Source: Camelus ferus (lineage: Eukaryota). From it: DNA of 64,000 nt. Below the pieces are notes generated by a model that worked only from the letters and a program-made list of their open reading frames with translations, made no database searches and was not told where the DNA came from. Below, piece after piece: positions 1 through 12,389 of this stretch. The translations under genes were made by a program, and so were the position numbers. The DNA is taken from positions 54,314,001 to 54,378,000 of the forward strand of contig NC_045696.1 in NCBI RefSeq assembly GCF_009834535.1, given 5' to 3'. How positions within the stretch are numbered: the stretch's first letter is position 1; each line of letters opens with the position of its first letter.

Positions 1-74
1 AGGGCTACTGTGACAGTACTCTTTCGTCTCAAATTACTTTACGTGCCACTTGGGGAAAAGCTGAAGTAATACAG

Positions 75-438
75 TGAAATGGACTGAATGTTTACATCCC
101 CTCAAAATTCCTGTGATGAAACGTCATGCCCAAGGCGGTGGGGAGGTGGGGCCTTTGGGAGGTGATTAGGTTGTGCGGGGGGAGATCTCACAAAGGAGAC
201 TAGTGCCCTTGTAAAGAAGACCTCAGAGAGCTTCCTGACCCCTCCTGCCACCTGAGGACACAGCAAGGAAACGGCTATCTGTGAACCAGGTAGTGAGCCC
301 ACACCAGACAGTGAATCTAATCTGCTGGTGCAGTGATCTTGGACTTCCAGTCTCCATGACAGTGAGAGATACATGTTTGCTGTTTAAGCCACCCAGTCTG
401 TGGAATCTTTGTTATAGCCGCCCAAATGGACTAAGATA
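75..438 (+). mobile_element. MaLR solo LTR, MLT1A-like
   Basis: atggactgaatgt start, ggggcctttgggaggtgattagg, atcttggacttccag, tttaagccacccagtctgtgg...actaagata end. Confidence 0.9.
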
Positions 439-594
439 CTAAGTGTTTGGAATTTTCCTATGTTCAAACACATGTGCAATTACAATATTTACTAATTCTG
501 TTCAATATACAGGATGTAAGCAGGATGGACAGGTTTTTTTTCATATTTGAAGACAAAGGCAGGATAATGATAAAGAATTTAGAAGAAGAAAGTC

Positions 595-745
595 CTATCA
601 GAGCAGAAAAATCTTACAGGCTATCTGTTTTAAAGGTGGGCAAACTGAGGCCTAAAAGTGTTTTGTCTTCTTGATGGTCACAAAGCTAACAAGTGACTGA
701 AGCACAACTAGGACCCAACCCATTCTCAATGCTGGTCCAGTTGGC
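595..745 (-). mobile_element. MIR fragment
   Basis: aaactgaggcc...ggtcaca core in antisense. Confidence 0.65.
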
Positions 746-1264
746 TGCACCAGGATGATCTTGTTTTATCCATTAATGATGGAAACAATTTCATATGATT
801 TTTATGCCTCTATTATCTATGTAAGGTAGGAAAATTTGTAAAACAGAGGCCCTTTGGAAGAAACAAAAATTCAAACAAACCTCTAAAATCTTAAAACGCT
901 GCATTGTACTAAGGGTCTTAGAAAAGACTTATAGGCAATGCTAACTTATCACCCTAGATAAGAAAATGATATATGTCCCACATTATTTTTTTTAATTCTC
1001 CTAATCCTCTTAATAAATGGCTGATAACTTGGACACAAATAAATCATAACACTGTAGTCATTTTTGGAAGAACACCTTTTTTAGAGTATTATGTGTCATC
1101 TGACTTATTGCACTAATATACTTCCCAAGGGTTATCTTTGTACATTTTATTAGTTTTTTTTCAAAACTTTATTAGATTTATTCACCAGATACATACTTCT
1201 GGTAGGATATTTGTCCTTATTTGAATTGCTTTATTCTGCAACTGTTTATCCTCCATGCTTTCAT

Positions 1265-1717
1265 TTTTAAAAAGCAGTCTTATTTTTTTTTCCAGCTGTT
1301 CATCTTCTCAATTCTTCTCAGTCTTCTTCCTCAGCATCACTAGAGATCATTGCTTCAAGGACCTCTACCAGGGCGTTTCACTTCCTTACCAATCTCTAAT
1401 ATACTTTTGAGAAGAGGCATGAAAAGTCTTGGCATCCTGACTGGGGCATCACTGCTGGTCTATCTATGTAATTGACACCAGCCAGCACTGTGCCTTCTGC
1501 TGCCTCCTGTACTGGGGCTGGAACTGAGGACTTTTATGGTCTCTTACAGCCAAAAGGACTAGAAGCTGTAACACAGCTAACACAGAGGACTATGGAAATA
1601 TAAATGAGAGTCATCATTATTGACGGTGGTAAGTGGTCACGATTATCTCTTTATTCCTGGATATTTTCAAGCAAATGCTATTTTAGCTAACATTTTTTCT
1701 CCCTGAATCCAATGAAA
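1265..1717 (-). pseudogene. Candidate terminal exon with stops and frameshifts: hydrophobic MMTLIYISIVLC/LAVLQLLVLLAVR, later acidic SSDAEEED
   Basis: Acceptor cttattctctttatcatgttatag; needs frameshifts; 3' end undefined. Confidence 0.3.
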
Positions 1718-1889
1718 CTATAACATGATAAAGAGAATAAGCCTGTTTCTAGCAGTTCTAACTAAACAAATGTTGGTTTTCTATGTCCAATTAGATGGTT
1801 TATAGAGCATCATCCCCTCTTAATAAACTGGCTTTGTTTTTCTATTTTTTAATTAAATTTTATTTTACATTTGAATGAAGTAGGCTTAC

Positions 1890-1957
1890 TATATGTCTAC
1901 AAATGCAATTGCATTCTCTCCTGTGAGAGTAGAATGTAAACAATTTAGCTTCTTCTC
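1890..1957 (-). pseudogene. Candidate exon, 68 nt, phase 0-2: EKKLNCLHSTLTGENAIAFVDI(Y)
   Basis: Acceptor ctttgatttttag, donor ATA|gtaagc; resembles the last helix of a thioredoxin-like domain. Confidence 0.45.
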
Positions 1958-2381
1958 CTAAAAATCAAAGTTCTAGTTCAGTTGCAAACTATGATATATA
2001 AAAAGAGTATATAACATCAACTATTATGCCTATTAGTCATGTTACCAATCAAATTCTTATAACAGCAGAGTGTATAACAAGTATACACATGCTTGTTAAA
2101 TATACAGCACTGCATTATCTTAATGTCAGAGGAGAGATAATGGTTTAAGGATGGAAAACACATTCTAATTTAACCTATTTCACTATGTTGCAAGGAGAAT
2201 TGAGAGAATTTCTTAAAAACTCTGTTCCCCTATGTTGATGTTCTTCAATATCAGAGAACACTTATGGCATGGGTGTACACATATGTGCATACATATCATT
2301 AATTAATACGTAAAAATATATACATACAGATACAAGTTAATATTCCTATCACTATTGCTCAGGATGAAAATTACCACTAAC

Positions 2382-2440
2382 CAAACAATGTTCTAAATTA
2401 TATGTTGTATTTTTCATCAAAAGCTTACTAAACTCCAGGA
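2382..2440 (-). pseudogene. Candidate exon, 59 nt, phase 1-0: (V)LEFSKLLMKNTTYNLEHCL
   Basis: Acceptor ttttgcctgttttttag; donor TTG|gttagt, or GTG|gtaatt ending at 2375. Confidence 0.35.
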
Positions 2441-3184
2441 CTAAAAAACAGGCAAAATGATTTTATAGAATGGCTAGAGTTTAGGAATCTAACAACCTCT
2501 TATCATGTGTAAACAAAAGTACTGCTTTAATGTTCCAGGTTTTGATGTCAGAAGTGAATTACAGAATGAAATTATGGCTTTCTTTAAGGAATGGTATACT
2601 TTGATCACAAAACAATGTTTATTCTTTTATATTGAATGAGGAATAGGACATCACAGGGGAATCAATACATTATCTTTTATAATAAAATAAAAGCAACAAT
2701 TTAAATGAGTATACTCCTTCAGGCAAGGGGAATTTAGGATGGACCTAAAACTATATTAAAAATATAACATTTCCATTAAAACCCACAATTATATTCTATA
2801 GAACAAATACTAAATTTCAAACTTTAAAAAATCATAATAAACATATTCTTCAGGTATTTACTAAACTGCTAATTAAATGTCTGCTACATGCATAAATTTA
2901 GAGCTAACATAAATTGTATATAGCAGTTTATTTCTTTAACAAATATGAATTATTTGCATTTTAGTTCTCAGGTGCTGTATTATAAAAATACACCTATATT
3001 CACTACTATCCATAACACATCACCTCTTAGGAATTATCTGAGCATCTTGTGGTCTTGTTTTATTGTTTGTTTATACTATAGTTTTCTATTTAGAGTGAAT
3101 AACCTAAGAATAAGAAGTATTTATGAATGAACTGGGAGAAAGGGAAAAAAAAGGGCTCCTTTCTGTGAGGCTAAATTCTGGGAT

Positions 3185-3870
3185 TCACTTAGTCACCTAG
3201 ATGTATATTTTGTAAATTCCTACTAATAACCAGATACTGTGCAAAGCTCTCAGCTTACAATGTTGCAACTGAAAGACAGAGACTGTGTCCAAGAGTTTAC
3301 AGTCTTGTGCAAGAGGTAGATGGCAAAGGGACAATCCAGTCAATAAATATTGAACTTAATCACTGAAAGGAATACTATGAAGGTGAAAATTTGGGAACTG
3401 TATTAGAGATTAATATAAAGGACACACTCAAAGAAAGAGGTCAAAAAAGCACACTTTAAGAGAGTAGTTATAATCTAAATCTTAAATGATTAAAAAGGAG
3501 ACAGCATGCCAAGGGCAGAAGAGAGCATTCCAGAGAAAAAATAAGGACATGTTAGATCCTAAGATGGGAAGAGTACAGCACATCTTAAGGACTGAAGGTC
3601 AGGTAATGTATCTGGTCCTTTGGCAGCAAATTGGGGTGCAGTTTTGAAAATGTTTGAATGTATAAGATGCAAATGATTAGAGATTTTGGCTATGGTCAAG
3701 AATTTGAACTTTTTAGAGGGGGCTGGGAAGCTCTTGAAGGGTTTGAAACAGAAGAATGGACAAATAGCTCTGGATGTTTTGCAAAAGGACTGACTGCAGT
3801 TGGGTGAGGTGGAAACAAGGTAACCAGCAAACAGCCCAGGTTACCAAAAATAGTCAAGGCACAAAGTGAT
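3185..3870 (-). mobile_element. L2 LINE fragment
   Basis: Antisense L2 3' region (cctact...ccagatactgtgc...gagtttacagtct...agagcattccag...gaatttgaactt). Confidence 0.75.
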
Positions 3871-4707
3871 CCATTCTCCGCCTGGTTTTCAATTCTTTGC
3901 CTTCCCTATCCAACCCCACTCTCACCCCTTGAAAGATCCTTTTCCTTCCTTGAAGACTTAGTCCCAGCCCTCAACAACTTATTCACCTTCTAGAACTTCT
4001 AGATTTTTGAGTATACCCTTTGGGGTGAGTAGGATTGACCTCATGCTGTTAGCAGAGTGTTCAGGGTTTGAGTATCAGTCTCAAGGGTCACAGTGAGAAG
4101 AGGGAATATCCTTTGAAAACATGGTGGGAAACTGAGAGCTACTGCGGCAGCCAGCCAACATCTGCAAGGAAATGAGATCTGAATACAAGAAAGACAAAGT
4201 CCAAACATCAGTCTTAGAGATCAGAGGTGTTACTACTTAAATCTTACAAAGATTACAGTCAGAAATGCACATTTCTCACTGCCCCTGCTTGCTGTGCCTA
4301 TTGAAGAAGCTGGGTAGAATACTGAAGTCAGTATCTTTAAGTGAATATGTTTGAACACTGAGGCAGAAAAAGTGAGTAAGGGATCTGAGTCTAAGCTGGT
4401 GTCTAAGCTTCCTGTGTGCCATGTGTATGCATCACTGCTCCTCCCTGTTGGTCATTTTACAGTGACCTGTTTTCTGGATAGTTCTAGGTTTTCACTATTT
4501 CACATCTGGCCCACGACACTGAACACACAACTCCTGTTCAATCAAAAAGCAAGAAAATAAGACTGGAAAGGAAAAACAGAGTCAGATGACAGAGAGCCTT
4601 GAATGTAGCTCCAATGAGCCTGAAATTTACAAAGGAGACAGAGGGCCATTACTGAGTCTGTGCAGAGACGTGACCCTCAATATGTTTTAATGAAAGATAA
4701 GCAGATC

Positions 4708-4870
4708 AGATGTTTATTAGACACCTACTGTATGCCAGGAACTCTAAATACTCTCATGTATTCTTACAGGTACAGGTATTATTCTCCATTTACAAAAAAA
4801 ACACAACTGAATCTCAACTGCTAACATTACGTCCAAGTTCACATAGTACACTGTGGTGTGTATTTAATCC
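4708..4870 (-). mobile_element. MIR
   Basis: tttattagacacctactgtatgccagg...ctccatttaca...ccaagttcacatag. Confidence 0.75.
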
Positions 4871-5015
4871 TACATTAATCGTAAATATAACTGAGGCTAA
4901 TACAAAAGGTCTGATTTGTGTTGCCTTTGAAAGCCTACTGTCTGCCCCTAATGAGTACTCTACTTACTTTAGTTTACCGAGCCTGCCCACCAGGAAGTTA
5001 TAAAAATACACCAAC

Positions 5016-5092
5016 CCTCGTTAGAAAGCTTTCGACTCAGAAAACTTGCTGAATCATTGAGTACCATTAAAGCTATATATCAGAATCTGAAT
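5016..5092 (-). pseudogene. Candidate exon, 77 nt, phase 2-1: FRF*YIALMVLNDSASFLSRKLSNE
   Basis: Very strong acceptor cttcttcttcatactcttccttttgttag; donor AGG|gttggt, with alternatives ending at 4978 or 4968; junction codon with the upstream segment is TAA. Confidence 0.4.
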
Positions 5093-5479
5093 CTAACAAA
5101 AGGAAGAGTATGAAGAAGAAGAATCAAAGATGGAAAAATATCGAAGGACAAAACCATTTCTACCACCTACATTAATACAACACATCAAAAAATGCTTCTT
5201 TAAAAGCACAGTAATTGTGACTATCTGTAATTGTATCAACAGGGCCTGAACTCTCAGGCACATTTGTGGAGCTTTGACTAGTATAACAGAGTCAGGGAAT
5301 AAGCTGAATCATCTCTCTTCCACTGTATCAAAACTACAATTCCAAGTGTGACACTGAAATTATTTAATAAGCAGGTTTTTGTAATTAACTAAAGGTACCT
5401 TGATTCCATGTTAAAATGCTCTATACTTAAAAATTTGTCCTTACTATTTAAACTAAGTTTTATCTACTGCAGCTCAAGC

Positions 5480-6100
5480 CCAACTTATCCAACTCAGAGT
5501 GACTGGTGGGAATAACAGATTCCTTCTCTCATTTACAGTATCTCTTTCCTACGTGTGAGCAGTTACCCTGCTTCCCTGTTACCGTTCTTGCAGTCTGAAC
5601 ATGTCCAGTTCCCTTAATGTTTCCTTATAGACCTCATTTTCCAAACCTTTTATCATTTTTTGTTGCTCTCTTCAGAACTCATTCAAATTTATCTGTGATT
5701 CTCTTTCAACTAAGGAACAAATACTGAACACAGTTATCCAATTGAGGCCTAAAGTGTGCTGGTAGAGCTAAATAATTACTTCTTATTTCATCCATGCTCT
5801 CCCTATCAATATACCCTCAAGCAGTATCTAGGGTTTTATACAGCACCATCATACTGTTGACTTATACTCAATTCATCATTCATTATAGCCTACATCTCCA
5901 TCCCCGTGGAACAATCATTTGTGCAGTTTACATTTGTTTTTACTGAATCCCTTTTTATAGATTTCAGCCCCACGTCCTATTTATCAAGATGGTTGTTTGC
6001 AATACTAACCTCCAATTTGCCTCCAATGGCACACAATCCCCAAGTTCTCAACTGTGTAAATGATTAGCACACTTTCTGCTTTATATCACCAAATCTCTGA
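5480..6100 (-). mobile_element. L3/CR1 LINE fragment (ORF2 3' region)
   Basis: aacatgtccagttccctt...actgaacacagt...catcatactgttgacttatact resembles the antisense CR1/L3 consensus. Confidence 0.75.
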
Positions 6101-6110
6101 GTACACATTT

Positions 6111-6112
<2 letters not shown>

Positions 6113-6162
<50 letters not shown>
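6113..6162. repeat. (GT)25 microsatellite
   Basis: Perfect dinucleotide run, read directly. Confidence 0.98.
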
Positions 6163-6165
<3 letters not shown>

Positions 6166-6239
6166 ATGCTAAATTACGCTAAGATTTAAGATTTAAAACT
6201 TTTTCTTCTTACTCCTTACACTGCTAACCTCAAAAGCTC

Positions 6240-6460
6240 TGATTTATTGAGTGCCAATTAGATTGCCAAGACTGTTTGCCATTATATTAGCCCCCATAAT
6301 AATATTTTTGAGATTTGATTAGCCCAATTTCACAGGAAAAAAAAACAACAAACAAAACTCTGAGAGCTATAGATGTCCGGTAATTTTCTCAGCATGTAAC
6401 TGAGAAGGAGGCCAGTTAGAACTAGAACTGGTCTGTTTGATTTCACAACCAAGCACCTTC
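6240..6460 (-). mobile_element. MIR
   Basis: tttattgagtgcc...cccaatttcacag...actagaactggtctgtttga. Confidence 0.7.
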
Positions 6461-7157
6461 CATCACACCAGTAAATAATACAGTTTAATTCAAAGCTTGT
6501 TGTACCAACAGGTACCTCACTGCTTCTATTACTACACAGGGTTTTTAAAAACCATGGCAATGTCTTCACTCCAGGAAGTCTTCTTTTAGGAGGGATGATG
6601 CTGGTGCTGTGAATGATGAGGCCATTGTTCCTGGGGACAGAGACAATACCACCAACAAAATTACTGCTTACTATGAAAGCCCTGGTATCTGAAAGCCTAC
6701 TGAATAGAGTTCATCATAGGTTGTTCTCCCACCCCTTTTTCTAAATTCAAAAAGCATCCCAACTAAAGTAATATGATAATTAACTTGACTTCTATTTGCT
6801 TCCTTATTTCAAAGTAATTGAATCCAAACATTATCCATCCAAATCACTGGCCTAAGTCAATGGTTGCTAAATGAGGTGCTAAGGCTCTGTTGGGTATTTA
6901 AAAAATTCCTGAGGGATGTTGTAGATTTTAGTGTACTAGAATTAAGAAAGCACAATGCTTGTTTAATTAAGGCTTTATGAGCTGACTGTGTGACTTGCCC
7001 ACATCAGCAACTTAGCCCCTATCTTTTCAAATCCAAAGTGCACATATGCTCACTTAACTGGTGAACACAGAATTCAACTGATTCAGGGAATGGGTACCAA
7101 GGCCTGTTTTGCAAAATGGGCTTGTTCATAAGGTTAATATGAATGTGTCTATTTCTT

Positions 7158-7277
7158 TTTTTTATAGAGCCTAGTACTTAATTACATGATTTTTTAAAGG
7201 TTATACTCCATTTATAGTTATAAAATATTTGCTGTATTCCCCATGTTGTACAATATATACTTGTAGCTGATTTTTTT
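7158..7277 (-). mobile_element. Short 5'-truncated L1 3' end with 16-bp TSD
   Basis: ggttatactccatttatagttat...tgtacaatatatacttgtagct; flanks aatgtgtctatttctt (7142-7157) and aatatgtctatttctt (7278-7293). Confidence 0.85.
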
Positions 7278-8048
7278 AATATGTCTATTTCTTAGAAATG
7301 GAAAAGGAACAAGAACAAATGACGGATGATAAGAGACTTGTTAATATTGAGAAATTTAGAAAATGTAAAATAATTATTAAGAATAAATGAATTTGCTGTT
7401 CTAGGACAGTTGTCTAGCAATGGGCATTCCTTAATAACTACATATACTTCACCCTTTCCTTGGATGCATTATTAGTGAAATAGAATGTGTCAAAAGGTTT
7501 GGTTTTCAGCAGACAGATGAGAAAATTATCTACCAAATATAGCTACTTTCCAATGGAGCGACTTAGAAGATACTGCGTTCTGAGTTCAGATTTTGTTAAA
7601 ACATGCATCGGTTTGGTGGAATATAAAGACCCTCCAAGTTCAGGATCATGGCCAAGGCACTTGGTAAGTAGGAGGAGGCCAAAGAGTAAAATCCTATACT
7701 GAGCAGAAGCTGGGTGGCTTGAGGGTACAGTGGGAGAAGAGGGCTGCTTTGCTAAGCCTGTGCCCTGACCCTTGAGAGCCTAAACGCAGGCTATGGGCAG
7801 ATGCATCCTCTGCATCTATTCCCCAGAGTCTTGAGAGCAGTGTAAAGGTGGAATGTGAGGATGGGAAAGGGCACAACAGAAGGAAAAATGAAAGAATTGT
7901 TTCCCTTGCATTTATTCTCCACACATTTCTTCCACCAACTGATTCCTTTCTTACTACATGAAATTTGTTCTCACCAGTAATAAATAAAATTTTCAAAAAC
8001 TCAAAGCAGGTATTGTAACCTCCCTAGTATTGATTATTTTAAACTTAC

Positions 8049-8326
8049 TAAAACAGGCTCACAATAGGTAGACTGTAGTATTTTATGGGTTTAAAAATAG
8101 TTCTTCATTTTAAAAGTTGGATAGCACTGAAACTGGACTTTAATTTTTCTGTTTGTATTATTTTTTTCTTAATTTTACCTTTCTTTTTTACTCTCCTCTT
8201 AATAGAGATTCTCTCAGCTTAGTTTGCCAGGGTTTTTGTTTGTTCACTTTCCTCATTTTCCTTTTCCGTAATGCATATTAGAAAGTATATTAAAGACCCA
8301 AAGTCGTTACAACTATCCCCTCAATC
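8049..8326 (-). pseudogene. Candidate exon, 278 nt, phase 0-2: acidic/basic linker then SFSAIQLLK*RTIFKPIKYYSLPIVSLF; 3 stops
   Basis: Acceptor ctattccttttataag, donor TTA|gtaagt; length fits phase 0-2 without a frameshift. Confidence 0.4.
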
Positions 8327-8946
8327 CTTATAAAAGGAATAGATTAACCCAGAGAAGACTTATTACAAATGCCAAAAATGGTTGGTTTGACATCATGGAC
8401 GTAACTGTGTGACAGGACTTGCTGAGAGAGAGTGGATTAGTGAAGGAAGAAAGAGTAACCAAGGTTGGGTTGGACCTAAGTAGGAAAGGGAGAAGTCAAG
8501 AATAGCTGTCTAATAAAATGGCCAAGGGAGCTGCACCCAGGTACCTCCAGGTATAGTAACAGGTTCATAAGAAGTTAGAAGGCTCAGACTCAAGATAATG
8601 TCAGACTTATCCACATTTAAGGTCATTTAGTTAATGAGTTAGATTTGAGAGTTCTCTCCTCTCCTTTTTCCACTATTTAAAAGAAATTGTGGTTAAAACA
8701 TACGCAGTCTTCAAAACTGAAATATTTTTTTCAACCGAAAAAAACTAAGACATATAATTAATTAGGCATTATGTTCTCTAGATACCATTTGCACATACCA
8801 ATTAGAGACACAGGAAAACAGGAAAACTAGTTGTTTGTATTGCAGATATGCCTAATATGAACAACATTCTAAGGACTATGAAGATGCAGGAAACACTAAG
8901 TTAAAAAACACTGGAAAAATAAAAAAATAAACAAAAAAATAAATAC

Positions 8947-9013
8947 CTCAGCTACTTCATTTTGAGTCTTATAGGGAAAATCAAGCCAAACAGAATAACA
9001 ACACCAAAAAAAC
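8947..9013 (-). pseudogene. Candidate exon, 67 nt, phase 2-0: FFWCCYSVWLDFPYKTQNEVAE
   Basis: Weak acceptor aattttaag, donor GAG|gtattt; the only fully open frame fits both neighbours. Confidence 0.4.
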
Positions 9014-9740
9014 CTTAAAATTTCAAATTATAATTAAATGATTAAAAACACATTGTCTAGCATTTTCAGCAATAAGCTTATTTCCAAATGCAAGCTTATT
9101 GCTCTTTTAATTCTTCTCAACAGCAAATTGGTATTACTACTTTATTTGGTTATCACTTAGATTTTCAAGTCTGTTAAAAATTGGAAAGTATTTTTCTTCT
9201 CCTAACTTAGATGAAGCATTAAACGACCATTTTTATTCTGTTGACAAGAAAAATCTACTTCATGATTTTATAAATTGCTTGGAGACAAAGATAATTGTAT
9301 AATTTTCTTATCAGAGCCAATGCTAATAATTTATTATTAACATTATTTTTAATTTGAATACAAGTAGAAGGCATCCCAGAGAAGGGAGTATGGTGAAGTA
9401 TTCAGAAGGAAATTCTAACCTTATACAAAGTGGCAAATCACTGTTTCCTTCTTGGATTTGGATTTGTTTTTTGTTTGTTTGTTTTTTGTTTTTGTTTTTT
9501 CAGCTAAAGAAAAACAGATTCAATAGGGCATCTGCTATTTCATACTCAGGTCCTTTGTTTTCCATTTAAATTAAAGACTTATTTTCTCACTGGAAATTGT
9601 TTCTATTATTAACTGTCAGTATGCTGATGAAGTATGTTTCATTATTGACCATCTACTCTCAGAAATAGTGAAACATTTTCATTATGTCATTTATTCTTAG
9701 CGATACACACTTTGTTCTAATTTTGTAGCCAACTACTCAC

Positions 9741-9780
9741 CTCATGCATTGGCATATTTAACTGGTTTTATCAAATCATA
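9741..9780 (-). pseudogene. Candidate exon, 40 nt, phase 1-2: (I)*FDKTS*ICQCM(R)
   Basis: Strong sites (ttaattttcttgcatag and GAG|gtgagt); all three frames contain stops. Confidence 0.45.
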
Positions 9781-10306
9781 CTATGCAAGAAAATTAATAC
9801 ACATTCCACTAACAGAAGTATATATTTAAAGATCAGCCCTGACCATCTTAGATCTCCAAAAGTTTTGGTAGATAAAAAAACTCAGATTTTTTTTTTAAAA
9901 GAAAGGGATGCCAATAAATTAAAAACAGATTAAGTGAGAATATCACTATGTTATCAAAATGTCATTAGGGAAACAAAAGTCTAATTTAATTGGAGATATT
10001 CAATACCATATAAATCTTTGAATAAAATATAACTGTTATATATACAGTGAATATGGAAGCACCAGTTAGAAATTGGGTTCAATCTAAATAAATTTTATTA
10101 CACCCATTTCTGATTGCTAAATTAGCAAGGGCCAATTATCATAAATTACCTTGGATATTATGATACTGCTATGCAGAATCAGTTATTGAAGGATATTCTT
10201 TAAAATGAAAGTTGATACTAGCTTATTTAACTCCTACTGAAGTGAATGTATATTTAATTTTAAAATATGTTTAGAAAAACCTTGATGCACAAAGAAAAAA
10301 ACTTAC

Positions 10307-10359
10307 TTCTCAGGAATCTGAACCATTTACTTATCCTTACTTCTGAGAATACTTCATTT
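10307..10359 (-). pseudogene. Candidate exon, 53 nt, phase 2-1: NEVFSEVRISKWFRFLR
   Basis: Acceptor cttcacctgtcttgtggccccag, donor GAA|gtaagt; the only open frame matches the phase of the upstream segment. Confidence 0.45.
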
Positions 10360-10693
10360 CTGGGGCCACAAGACAGGTGAAGTTTGTCCTTAATATTTAC
10401 CTGTTACCTAACTTATTTTCATTTATTAGACTATAATTCTTTCAGGACAGAAGTCTACTTTCTTTTAAGTTGCTTTTTAAAAATCTCCTTCTCTGAAAAA
10501 CATTAAAAATAACATTAAATACTGTTGAATTCAATGAAACAAATACTTGAAATCATACAATTTCCCCTTTACAATGGAAGGTTAGGTTTGCCAAATAAAA
10601 AACATGAATGCATGCTTAAAGTGTTAAAAAAAAAAAAAAGACTATTGACATGTATTTCAGCATGTCCCAGCTGTGTTTCTGTGGGGCACATAC

Positions 10694-10752
10694 CTAGTGA
10701 TTTTGGATGACAGCTGTATGTCCAGGTATGTAAATAAAAGCATTTTTTCTTC
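10694..10752 (-). pseudogene. Candidate exon, 59 nt, phase 0-2: EEKMLLFTYLDIQLSSKIT(R)
   Basis: Acceptor gtgctttttgtag, donor TAG|gtatgt; open frame compatible with both neighbours. Confidence 0.5.
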
Positions 10753-11202
10753 CTACAAAAAGCACTTATAATTCCTAAGGAAAGATGAAATGTGCTCTGA
10801 CCTGACAATTTGGTTTACTGTTATCGGTAAGTTTATGGTTAGCTTGTAGTTAGTATAGTAATCCATGTTGGATATCAGCACTGGATATTCTTCTTTAAAA
10901 GAAATTATTTAGTAAAAATGCTCAACTATATATCTTTAGTTGTCAGCACAAATAACTGGAAAAGAATAACAGCAGAGCGTGAAAATACCCCAGTAAACAC
11001 ATTTATGTATGTTTCCAGAAACAATCAAAACCAAGCAGGAAAACCTGAATTTTCAGCCCCATATAGGAATTTGCTTCCTTGGCAGGTCTAGTGATAAAGA
11101 AGTCCTATTGCTTTGCGGGTGTCTTGCTACTGCTTAGGCCTGGAATTTGATTGATAGTGGGCACATTACACATCTATAATCATTTCTCATATCCAGCCAT
11201 GC

Positions 11203-11328
11203 CTTTTCATGAAATAAACTACAAAATTTGGGCACTTTTCTCAAGACAATAATGGTAGCTGAGTTTTCTTCAAAATCAAAACATTTTGAGTCCTTCTGGT
11301 AAAAAGCACAACTGATATCAGGCTTGCT
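11203..11328 (-). pseudogene. Candidate exon, 126 nt, phase 0-0: SKPDISCAFYQKDSKCFDFEENSATIIVLRKVPKFCSLFHEK
   Basis: Acceptor ttttttttcag; lies inside the 102-aa ORF 11134-11442; donor only non-canonical AAG|gcatgg, so the 3' boundary is uncertain. Confidence 0.35.
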
Positions 11329-11639
11329 CTGAAAAAAAACTGTTCCACCAGCAGAAGAAAGAGCTGTCTTGTGCATCAAAAACAGGACTCTGTCCACCTT
11401 CCTCAGAACATAAATGTGGCTACTTTCACGATGATGATTCAATGGAACTGTGCTCTCTTGAGGGCAAGGACCTTATTTATTCAATTGGCATAAATATTGG
11501 CACAGAGAGAGCATTATAATGCTATATGAATCAGTAAAGAAGCAGAGTGGAGAAAGCAGATCCCTTAATAAAGGTTTTCACTCTTTGTACCACTGTATTA
11601 TATAAGAGCCACAGCAGACTTTAGGTATTTGAGATCTTT

Positions 11640-12389
11640 GAGACATCTTGGTCCTTCCCTCTCCTTCATTCTCCATAATTCATGCAGTACCAAGTCAGAG
11701 GTAACCCTTGAATCTAGCAGCTTCTCTCTGTATGATCTACCAACACTTCAGTCCAAGCAATTGTCATCTCTTGCCTGTAACAGTCTTCTTTTTGGTCTCC
11801 TTTTATCTACTCTGGCCCCCTCCAATTTTTTTGAATACCAAATCAAAGAGATGTTTTCGCTTACAAGTGGAATTATTACTCCTTTTCCCTTAAACTCTTT
11901 AGTGGCCTCCCATACTCTTTTGATAAAGACTGAAAAGTCTGGAGTCTATGGCTCTCATCATGTCATGTACCCTGGACATCTGTCTGGTGCATAGATGCAC
12001 CACACCATCCATGCTGTTTCTCCTCTTAGAATGTGCCCCGCACCTCCTTATCCTAGTCAAGTCTTCCTCTTTAGGATTTCAGCTGATCATGCCTTTCCTT
12101 AGGCAAGCCTTTCTTGATCCCCACCCCTACCCCAGTTATACACTTTGCTATCAATTCTTACAGTACCACATTCCTCTCCTTCAAAGCACTTAGCTCAATT
12201 TGAAATAATGAATTCGTTAGTATGATTATTTGATTAATGTCTGTTTTTCTCTTAGGCTGTAATTTTCGTGATGGAAGAGAGTGTCTCATTTTGTTCACCA
12301 CTGTGTACCTTGGGTATACCAGAAGTCTGGCACATAACACTAGCTCTTAAATAATATATATTGGATGGATGAATAAATGAACGAATGAA
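11640..12389 (+). mobile_element. L2a 3' fragment
   Basis: Ends tctcattttgttcaccactgtgtacc...tggcacata...gaataaatgaacgaatgaa. Confidence 0.88.

Noticed and set aside
1318..1395. LVRK*NALVEVLEAMISSDAEEED resembling the bMERB helix of EHBP1/MICAL proteins
   Set aside because: The match is short, upstream motifs are at the wrong spacing, and it conflicts with the thioredoxin-like reading; likely coincidence.
7510..7664. Plus-strand exon-like segment ending TTG|gtaagt
   Set aside because: Weak acceptor, no partner exons and no recognisable peptide.
10150..10236. Additional minus-strand segment (GVK*ASINFHFKEYPSI...) with donor AAG|gtaatt
   Set aside because: It would need an intron of only about 70 nt and has two stops, so I left it out of the model, although its phase (1-1) fits.
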